This document shows positions 40,153 through 50,995 of a stretch of 64,000 nt of DNA, one piece after another. Positions within the stretch are counted from its first letter, which is position 1, and each line of letters starts with the position of its first letter. Made by a program: the position numbers and the translations under genes. The notes below the pieces were generated by a model that saw only the letters and a program-made list of their open reading frames with translations, was not told where the DNA came from and ran no database searches. The stretch spans positions 25,300,848 through 25,364,847 of the forward strand of contig CM120643.1 of NCBI GenBank assembly GCA_051362555.1, written 5' to 3'. Source of the stretch: Lingula anatina (lineage: Eukaryota > Animalia > Brachiopoda).

Positions 40153-43100
40153 ATGGTGGTTTTAAAAACATACGTTAAAGTGCTTTGGGGAATACTTTGT
40201 CTTAGTATAGCAGTTCGAGGTAGGTTTGAAGATGTATAAAGACCTGCTTTATGTATAGGCACAGTACTAGTGGTGCAAAACCCCTTGCTATGTCTAAGTC
40301 ACCGGAGCTGGAGCCGTGCACATATTTTGTTACCTCAGTAACTGGAATGTAGTGTTCTGATTTACTTTAAACTATCGGGAACTTACTAAAACTTAAGATC
40401 TAATATACCGTACCGTTTATTAGATCTTAGCTAAAACATACAAATTTGCACTTAACAAATAAAGTAAAAGTTGGACAGGCTGAAAAAGTTTTATAGATGA
40501 AAGAGTGTGTGCAATTCTCTTGGCATCTCGGATCTGAACATCTTTTGTGGAACAAATTGTTTCATGCACTTGCATAAACATGTATTTTGCTTTGTAGTAT
40601 GGCCTATGTGCACGCCCAAGGTAGGCCTACTTATTTTTGAAAATTTGATTCTGCAGTTTTTATGTACAGACACAGATGTGTCTGTACATATAGCCGTCAC
40701 CTGCGTCTGTCGTCGCCGTCGTCGCAGTGGCCGTGCACTTTTACCGATAACGCGATAAGTGAAAAATTGTTTTACCTTTTGGCTCGAAACCTACAGAACT
40801 GATGAACATTCATAATACGCAGGTCAAGTTTGAAAATCAGCATGATCGGGGCATTTTTGTGGAAGTTATGCTGTTTTTTTTTCTCACTTTTTCAGCATAT
40901 ATTATATGCAACACCGATAACGCAATAAGTGAAAAATCGTTTTACTTTTTGGCTTGAAACTTACAGAACTGATGAATATTCATAATACGCAGGTGAAGTT
41001 CGAAAATCAGCATGATTGGGCCATTTTTATGGAAGTTATGCTGTTTTTTCACTGTTTTCAGCATATATGCAACACCGATAACACGATAAATAAAAAAACT
41101 TTTCTTCATTTTGGATTGAAACTTACAAATCTGATGAATATCCATAATACGCAGGTCAAGTTCGAAAATTGGCATGATTGGGCCATTTTTATGGAAGTTA
41201 TGCTGTTTTTTTCACTTTATCAGTATCTATGCAACACCTATAACACATTTTAAGGAAAATTGATCGGCCAATTGTCTTGAAATTCAAGGAGTGATCAATG
41301 TTACTAAAATACAGATTAAGTTTTGAAAATAAGCTTGATCAGTTAAGTTTTGGTGAGGTTATGCTTTTATTTGTATATAAGTGTTTTTCCTCAAATTTAA
41401 TTCTCAGTAAACAGTCTCATTTTTTTGACTAAATAGATATGTAAAGTTGTTCTTTTGACATTTGCTGCATCTTAACAATTCTAAACAATATCGTTAGTTG
41501 ATTACATAAAAATGATGGAAAACCTGTTATTGTGTATTGTGTAATAAAGTGTCAAAAATGGAAATAAACTCATATCTTTACAGTTTGTCAGATTCAGTCA
41601 TTCACCATGTTCAGAATCTCCGAATGGAGCAAATTGGACATTTAAAATTGTTCTTTTGATATTTTTCCCATGTCAACAATTTTCCTAGTTGATCATTTAA
41701 AAATGACAGTAAATTGATTATTTTGTTTTATGTAAAAAAAAAAGGTGTTGAAAATGGAAAGAAAATCATTTCAGTACAGTTATCCAACTTTATAATCAAA
41801 TCATTCAAGAAAAGAAGTGAAGTGGTTGCTCTGCTTGGTAACTCTTAGCATATCCCTTAAAATGTCAGTGTATGGTCCCACTGTTGTGAGAAGTGACTCG
41901 GCAGTGGGACTGAACATGGCACAATATTTATATATGTGTAACTTATTTACTTATCTGTCTTATGTAATTGTCATTAATCGTAATTATTAATGTCATCAAA
42001 CTGGCCTTGAACAGCCATGTAAACAGCTATGTAACGGTGGTTTTAAGTTTTTTAAAAACATATTCTTTTTGTGTAACATGTTTATAGTATGTTTATGGTA
42101 AATTTATAATCACACCAAGGTTTATCTCATTGCTTAGATAGAATATTTTATGAGTAATTTTACTGGTACTTATGTTCATTATATAAAGATGGTAATGCAC
42201 TAACTGTATTGTATCGTCATTTGTATATCATATTGTACAAGGTCATGACAATCTATGTGCCAGTACAGAAATAAATTGAATTGAATTGAATATAAATTGA
42301 TAGTCATTATGCTGTTAAGCATTATGTTATATTGCATGAAAGTTGAAGAAAACATTATTTTGGACACAGCTGCCAGGATAGCGATTAAGGGTAAACCATG
42401 TTACTTATGATACTGAAACTTAGTGAGAAACCCCTTGGAGTTAGATTGATCTAGGTATGGGAACTCAGTCTAATTCTTGTTACACATTTAACTTTCATCC
42501 TAATCCACTGTTGCGCAGAATTAAAATTTGATGTTGGCTATGCAGTTAAGCAAAATACATTAATGCATCAGAATTGACAGTATCCTATTTTCTGCATTTT
42601 TATTTTCTGCTTTTTGTCTGTACATTTGACAGCTTTGCTGCCTTGTTTCCCTTTGATTGAATGCTCACAAGTGAATTCCATATTGGATACTATAATAATA
42701 AAATTATTATTATTGTTATTATACTTTCACATCTAGCATGCACCAGATGTGGAACTCGGCCCAGTTTGCCAAGAATAATAAACGGCAAGGAGGCGTTCCC
42801 CCACTCCTGGCCATGGATGGCTTACATCCAGTTTGGACCAGGAACTTCATGTGAAAGGTCATGTGGAGGGAGTTTGATTATGAACAACATGGTTCTTACT
42901 GCGGCCCATTGCTTACATACACCGTAAGTGTGAAGACCCAATCGGCACATATAATGATACGGCGGACTGTGAGCGGGACGTCCCGTATAGATTGTTGTTC
43001 CATTTTTCAAATTGATCACGTCGAGCTAGCGCCGATGAATAGGCTTGTAAGCAGATAGGACACGAATACTAACGCTTTTAAGTTTTATGGGGTTAAGAAA

Positions 43101-45326
43101 ACACCATAAATATCTATAAGCCTACCAATGTTGAAATTTTTAGGAAAATTAAATTGTTGCTTTATAAAAGTCGAGGCATATTGTAAGCATTTGATACTTT
43201 TAATCTTGAATTTTAATCAAGTAATGTCAAGGATCAATCAAATAGGCCTATTATTGGATCGACTGGATAAAAATTCACCCGTTTCTAGCCATTGATTGCA
43301 TAACATCCCCGGTGCGAAAGTTAGGCCCTGTCCGTTTTTCCCCTTTTAGCAATTGCAATGGCTAAATTGAAACTTCAGAAATGGGAGGAAATTGTAACTT
43401 TTTCAAATGTATGTGTCTTATTGCAAACCACCCGTCATCCTTCAGCCACTCCTGTCGCTATCAGCGCCAATGGCGAGCAAACGAGATCTGCGTGTCGCTG
43501 GGTGTCCACAGTCGGTCAAGACGAGCCACAACCGCAGCAGTGGTCGAGAGGACTGTGAGCAAGGTTTACGTCATCAACAGTTATAAAGCGGCCACTTTTG
43601 ACAACGACGTGGCATTATTAATGCTTTCTGAACCTGTAGAATACACCAATGAAATAAGCCCCATCTGTCCTGTTAGAGCAGACACGTATGTGCCAGATGG
43701 AACGCTGTGCAAAGTTACCGGATGGGGCGTCACAAACTTCAGTAAGTTTTGAATTAGGTCTACTTTTAGAGAAACAATGTGGAGAGGGAATACATTCATT
43801 TAAATGTAGGTTGTTGCCCAGGATATGACCTTAAAAGAAGAACCATACGTTACTGACGTCGAAAAATTACCAGTTCCCTTTCGGACTTTTTAATTTCTAT
43901 ATTTTTCCCATCTCCATCACTAAATGTATCTGAAACTAGAAACCTTAAACTCAGAAACCGGTTAATAGATCGTCATGATATTTTCTACTGATATAATTAT
44001 TATATCCATCGGTTATGAAAGGAATGTATTTCTCGGAAAATTGAATTCTTGCTGATTGAAGATCCAACGCAAATATAATTGTGTGACTTGAGATTAATTC
44101 CATCTGCTTTTTTTCCCTCATCAGTGAAAGTTTCTACAATAATTTTTCTTTCTGTTATTTGGGCGCATGTTCATTTATTTGTGTTGTGCATCACTCCAGC
44201 TTACAAATTTTTATGTTTTAAAGATGTTTTGATTTTTTCTGGAACCACACAACCAAGCGACGTTTTAATGGAAGCGTCAGTGAGATATTCGTCTGCGGAA
44301 GCGTGTCGTGCCAGTTCTCAGTATCCTAGAGATGAAATTACGGACGACATGCTATGCGCTGCCGAACCCGCAACAGACGCCTGTTCAGTACGTATAAATA
44401 CCTCGAAATTTTATAAAACACAGGGTAGACATGACATGGACCCTTAGTTTACAGTCAACAATACGTGTAAATCTTTATTTTGCTGTTTTTTTCTAAAATA
44501 GTAAAATAGGCCTTCATTTCATCCATGGTGCCTTTTACATTATATGAATAGGCCTATATTTTTTTAACAAGTGTGTCGTTTTTTCCGTTGCTGAAGCGAA
44601 GACAATATCTCATTAAAAGAGGGTTAATTTATTAAAATAGTGACACCCTTGTTTGTTTTTAGGGTGATTCAGGCGGACCACTCATGTGCGCGTTCACAGT
44701 CAGTGGTGAGACGCAGTGGAAACAACTGGGGATCGTTAGTTTTGGCAAAGGGTGTGCTAGACCCTCTTACCCCGGGGTCTACACTGACGTCCGAAAAATG
44801 GCTAACTGGATTGAGAGAACTGTTGGTGAGTTGGCACATACGGGACAGACTAGGCTTATGTGATCCTCATTATCTCTTCACTATAGATTTATATGATATG
44901 CAACTTTTTGGAGTTTACATCTGTTAGCACTGTTTCAGGTTGAAAAAACATGTATATTCTTTCAACACTTGAATTGAAGTGTTTTATTTTTCCTACGTAT
45001 TTGTGCCCAACAGTTTACAAGGACGTGGTTGTTCGTTTGTCTTGCTTAAGGTAAGAAAATATTTTATCTAATATTTTGCAGCCTTTGGGGCCTGTGGATC
45101 AATGGAAAGACTGGACTCGAAATATTATGTCAACGGTCCAAATATTGAGACCAAAAGCGGCATCAGCGAGAGGGAATGTGAAGAAGCATGCATATATAGG
45201 CCTAACGCAGAATGTAAAGCGGCAACCTATAGTCAACGTACGTCATATTGTTGGCTTCTCGCCCAACCCAGATGGACTGGACGCCGCAGTGGTTGGGTGG
45301 CGTTTCGGAAGAGAAACGGCTGCTAA
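40153..45326 (+). CDS. Secreted trypsin-like (S1A) serine protease with C-terminal PAN/apple domain, copy 2
   Basis: Exons 40153-40219 (signal peptide [22 protein letters not shown]), 42737-42923 (PR|IING, TAAHC), 43446-43741 (DNDVALL), 44242(or 44224)-44387 (DACS), 44663-44825 (GDSGGP) and 45082-45326 (PAN, 6 Cys). Catalytic triad intact. The canonical exon-4 acceptor is mutated (CAG>CTG); an in-frame AG lies 18 nt upstream. Confidence 0.8.
40657..42648 (+). mobile_element. Same HINE family, both ends present, in intron 1 of protease copy 2
   Basis: Same 5' palindrome, tandem units and 3' subTIR/stem-loop. The paralogous empty site in copy 4 (~50185-50200, GCG-Tn-CCCTTTGG) shows insertion into a T-run with no TSD. 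Confidence 0.82.
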
Positions 45327-45769
45327 ACTATCCAGTGACAGATAAAGCTAAGAAGTGTACACGAGTTTATGCAGTAGCATAACTTCTGGATATTCGATTA
45401 ACAACCCCAACTCCTAGGGTGGGACAGTGGGTTTATTTTAGAGACACTGTTACTATAACATATCCGCTGAATACATTTTCCATGTTTAATTTGAACTTCA
45501 ATTATTGGCAAGGGTTTACTTATAGTGTAGACAATTGAATAAGCAATAAATAAACTACATGTAAACATCATTTTTCAGAATATCTGACATTATCCTTGAA
45601 GAGATTTTGTGTGAAAAAAACAAAACATTTCTGTTCAATACCCTTTTACGTATATAAGAAACGAAAGTGCATTTTACAAAGTTATGTATTCGCAATACAT
45701 GTATGTTTATATGTTACAATAGATAAGATTGAGATTACATTTGCTGCATTTCGATTTATACATATACAC

Positions 45770-46044
45770 TCCCCACACAGCCCGCTTAATTGCAGACTAT
45801 ATCCAACAAAACAACATTCAGCTGATGTCACAGCCAACAAGAAGCCCAGATGCAAACCCAATTGAGCACATGTGGGACGAACTTGGTCGTGCCTCCCCCT
45901 GCAAATCTAGATGAACTGCGAGATGCCCTTCAAGATGAATGGACCAGAATTCCTCTCCAAAGAGCTGTAACTCTAGTTCACAGTATGCCACGCCGTCTGG
46001 CGGCCATTATCCAAGCTCGGGGTGGGCATACCCGCTATTTATAA
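45770..46044 (+). mobile_element. Tc1/mariner transposase C-terminal fragment (frameshifted)
   Basis: RSPDANPIEHMWDELGR and, in another frame, LDELRDALQDEWTRIP...SMPRRLAAIIQARGGHTRY, the typical Tc1 C-terminus. Confidence 0.88.
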
Positions 46045-46190
46045 TAATGAACTCTGAAGATGTTTCCCTAATTTCATATTAATTGTCAATCACAGTATAA
46101 ATTTATGTTTAATTTTTCACTTGGTACTATTATGCAAAAAAGTACTCTTTTTGGGGGCATGAGAAAAAAATACCCTAAATAAATTAACGC

Positions 46191-48170
46191 TTTTTATGTA
46201 CAGACACAGATGTGTCTGTACATATAGCCATCACCTGCGTCTGTCGTCGCCGTCGTCGCTGTTGTCGCCGTCGCCGTGCACTTTTAGGGATAACACGATA
46301 AGTGAAAAACCGTTTTACTGTTTGGCTTGAAACTTACAGAACTGATGAATATTCTTAATACGCAGGTCAAGTTCGAAAATCAGCATGATCGGGCCATTTA
46401 TATGGAAGTTATGCAGTTTTTTCACTTTTTTCAGCATTTATGCAACACCGATAACACAATAAGTGAAAAACCCTTTTACCTTTTGGCTTGAAACTTACAG
46501 AACTGATAAATATTCATAATACGCAGGTCAAGTTTGAAAATCAGCATGATAGGAACATTTTTATGGAAGTCAGCTGTTTTTTTAGACTTTTTTCAACATA
46601 TATGCAACCCTGATAACACGATAAGTGAAAAACCGCTTTACTTTTTGGCTTGAAACTTACAGAACTGATGAAAATCTATAATACGCAAGTCAAGTTCTAA
46701 AATTGGCACGATCAGGGCATTTTTATAAAAGTTTTGCTGTTTTTTTCACTTTTTTCAGCTATATGCAACACCTATAACACATTTTAAGGAAAATCCATTG
46801 GCCAATTGTCTTGAAATTCACAGTAGTGATCAGTGTTACTGAAATACAGATTAAGTTTTGAAAATAAGCTTGATCAGTAAAGGTTTGGTGAAGTTATGCC
46901 TTTTTTTGTATATAAGTGTTTTTTCCTCAAATTTAATTCTCGGGCATGTTAACAGTCTCATTTTTGAACTAATTAGATATATTAAGTTGTTCTTTTAACA
47001 TTTTCTGCATCTTAACAACATTGTTAGTTGATTATATGAAAATGATGGTAAACCTGATATTGTGTATTGTGTAATAAGTAAAATGGAAAAAAAACTCATA
47101 TCTTTACAGTTTGTCAGATTCAACCATTCACTATGTTCAGAATCTCAGAATGGAGCAAGTTGGACATTTATAATTGTTCTATTGATATTTTCGCTTTGAC
47201 AACTTATTGTTTGATTGATCATATAAAAATGACAGTAAATTGATTATTTTGCTTTATGTAAAAAAGGTGTTGAAAATGGAAATAAACTCTTTCAATACAG
47301 TTTTCTCTTGTTTACATTTTGGGATTTTCAAAGTATGACTCTGAACTCTATGGGCTAGTCACATTTTCTGAATATCCATGATACTTTTATTTTATTATTA
47401 AAAAGTTTATGGTTATTATGCTGTTAAGCATTGTGTAATATTGCAATATTGCATCCAAATTGAACAAAACCTTATTATGGGCTCTGCCTCCTTAGTGGCG
47501 GTGAAAGGAAAGCCATGTCACTTCTCACACTTACAGGAAAGTAACATAGGACTGAAATACAGCTTCAGTTGAAAAATTGTCTCATTAGTTGATTGTTTGG
47601 AAGTAATACAGGTTTTTTGTGAAAATTTTTATCTTCCACATGTTGCAATTTTCAATGTGGGACTTGGAGCTCCCTTGGGCATAAAGCCCAGTGGTAATCA
47701 AATTTTCTTAATGTCCATGTTTTTAATAGTAGATATTTTAAAATTGGCGGTATTTAATTAGCATCAAAATTGACAAAACACCTACTTTGTGCTCTGCCAC
47801 CATTAATATTATGTAAAGTAAAGTGTTACTTTCTATTTTTTTAACTATTCTTAAAAGAATGGTTCTTAGGATTGACATACAGCTCATATTAGAAAACCAG
47901 CTCTATTGGATTATCATTTTTATTAAATTTATGCATTTTTGAAATTTTCATTTTTCTCATTCTGGCACTTTCTAATTGTAAACTTGAACTCTGATGGGCC
48001 TAAAGCCTTATGCTTTTACTTTCATCAGTGTTACCTGTTGTGCATAATTAAAATTTTGATGTTGACTGTGCAGTTAAACATAATGTATTATTGCATCAGA
48101 ATTGGCAGTCTCATGTTTTTGAGCATTATTGTTTTCTGCTTTTCTTAAGGTGTGACTTATGGGCCTGAAG
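46191..48170 (+). mobile_element. Same HINE family, 3'-truncated copy
   Basis: Collinear with the reverse complement of ~13635-15959. Ends abruptly just before the acceptor of the protease exon at 48188. Confidence 0.8.
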
Positions 48171-48187
48171 GGCCTGTTTGTTTTAAG

Positions 48188-48916
48188 GGTGATTCAGGCG
48201 GACCCCTCATGTGTGCGTTCACAGCCATTGGTGAGACGCAGTGGAAACAACTGGGGATCGTAAGTTTTGGCAGAGGGTGTGCTAGACCCTCTTACCCCGG
48301 GGTCTACACTGACGTCAGAAAAATGGCTAACTGGATTTCAAGAACTATTGGTGAGTTTCCACATACGGGACAGACTAGGCCTATATCGTCATAATATCTT
48401 TACATCATTAGATTTACTTGATATGTAACTTTAAGAGTTTAGGTCTACATGTAAAAACCTTGTTAGGGATGGATCGTAGCACTGTTGAAGCCTATTCAGA
48501 TTGAGAAATCATGGCGTATTCGTTCAACACTAAAATTGTGAATAAAATTAAGTATTTTTCTTATTAACTTCTGCCAAGCAGTTTAAGAAAAGAAACTACA
48601 TGTTCGTTCGTTCGTCTTACTATTGATAGGAAAATATTTTATCTAATATTTTGCAGCCTTTGGGGCCTGTGGATCAATGGAAAGACTCGACTCGAAATAT
48701 TATGTCGGTGGTGCACATATCGAGACCAAAAGGGGCATCAGCGAGAGGGAATGTGAAGAAACTTGCATAAATAACGCAGACTGTAAAGCGGCAACCTATC
48801 GTGAAAATAAGCCATATTGTTGGCTTCTCGCCCAACCTAGAGAGAGACTGGACGCAGCAGCGGTTGGGTGGCGTTTCGAAAGAGAAACGGCTGCTAAACT
48901 ATCCAGTGACAGATAA
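48188..48916 (+). pseudogene. Protease-PAN copy 3: only exons 5 and 6, PAN exon frameshifted
   Basis: Exon 48188-48350 (GDSGGPLMC...WISRTI) has intact splice sites. The PAN exon from 48657 has a +2 AG slippage near 48840 that removes the last Cys. Upstream exons are absent and transposon DNA lies in their place. Confidence 0.78.
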
Positions 48917-49699
48917 AGCTAAGACGTGTACACGAGTTTATGCAGTAGCATAACTTCTGGATATTCGCTTCACAACCCCCAACCCCTGGGGTGGGACAGC
49001 GGGTTCATTTTAGAGACACTGTAACTATAACATATCCGCTGAATACATTTTCCCTGTTTTATTTGATTTTTCGTTATTGGCAAGGATTTACGTATAGCGT
49101 AGACAACCGAATAAGCAATAAATAAACTACATGTAAACACCATTTTTCAGAATATCTGACATTATTCTTGGAGAGATTTCGTGTGAAAAATAAAACATTT
49201 CTGTTCAATACCCTTTTACGTTTATAAGAAGCGAAAGCGCAGTTTACAAAGTTATGTATTCGCAGTATGTTTATATGTTACAATAGATAAGACAGAGATT
49301 ACTTTTGCTGCATATATATATATGATGTTATATTACAATGTTTGAAAAAAATCCACAGTCATTTCTCCCTCTTCTTCTTGTTGTTGTTCTTTTTCTAGCT
49401 TATAAGCATTTTTACTGCTTTCAACCAAAACATCGCGGCGCAGTGAATTGAGTCCCAGCACATATTGTTTGATTTAGTCCATTATACTAAAATTTTACAA
49501 AAAAAAAAATCAACGTAAAGGATATCCGGCCATTACAGGGTGACCTCATTTCAACGAATCGCGCTATCCTTAGAAACAAATCCGGGATTTAAAAATACTT
49601 CCATGGTTTGCGGTCATGTTCGTTTAAATTTGACGACTAAAGTTCAGCAACAGCAATAGTACACTACAGTAGAGCATACGGCGGCCGCTTACCAAGACC

Positions 49700-50962
49700 A
49701 TGGTGGTTTTAAAAACATACGTTCAAGTGGTTTGGGGAATACTTTGTCTTAGTGTAGCTGTTCGAGGTAAGTTTACAGATTTAAAGAGACCTGTTTTATA
49801 TATAAAGACAGTGGTGTTTAAATCTATTGCCATCACAATTGTCTGTCCGCGCCGCCGATGCTTAAGCCTTCCCCTTTTTTGTGACCACAGTGACTGGAAG
49901 GCAGTTTGACGATTTGCTTAAAACTAGCGGGACTAAATTTGAACATACAAAATTAAGATCACATGTAAAAGTTAAACGGACCGAAAAAAGTTTTATTTAG
50001 AAAAGAGTCTGTGTAATTCCTTTGGCATCTCGGATCTGAAATCTTTTGTGGGACAAATCATTTTTACCATTAAGTGAGTTCATTTCCGGCATGCATTTGC
50101 ACATGCATTTACATGTATTTTGTTGTGTAGTAAGACCTATGTGCACGCGCAAGGTGTGCCTACTTATTTTTTAACATTCTGATTTTGCGTTTTTTTTCCC
50201 TTTGGTTGAATGATCACAACTGAATTCTTTATTCTATATTATTATTATTATTATTATTATTTTCACTTCTAGCATGCAACAGATGTGGAACTCGGCCTAG
50301 GGGGGGGGGGGGGAAGGCGTGTCCTCACCCCCCCCCCCCTTCGATTTCTTGAAATTAGAAATTTTAACTAGCTGGATCTAAGATAAGATATAAGATAAGA
50401 TAAGATAAGAGTTTATTTAGCCAATTATAATTTACATGTATTTTGTTGTGTAGTAAGACCTATGTGCACGCGCAAGGTGTGCCTACTTATTTTTTAACAT
50501 TCTGATTTTGCGTTTTTTTTCCCTTTGGTTGAATGATCACAACTGAATTCTTTATTCTATATTATTATTATTATTATTATTATTTTCACTTCTAGCATGC
50601 AACAGATGTGGAACTCGGCCTAGGGGGGGGGGGGGAAGGCGTGTCCTCACCCCCCCCCCTTCGATTTCTTGAAATTAGAAATTTTAACTAGCTGGATCTA
50701 AGATAAGATATAAGATAAGATAAGATAAGAGTTTATTTAGCCAATTATAAAAAAAAAACCCACGCCAAGGGGGGGGGGGGGGTCGGTTTCGCATTCGCGT
50801 ACCCCCCTTCCCTTCAAATAATCTTAGATCCGCTCCTGCAATAAGTGAGTTCATTTCCGGCATGCGTATATACATACATTTGGCTGTGTAGTAGGGCCTA
50901 TGTGTACGCCCAATGAAGTTACTTATTTTTTAACATTGTGATTCTGAAGGTTTTTCCTTTGA

Positions 50963-50995
<33 letters not shown>

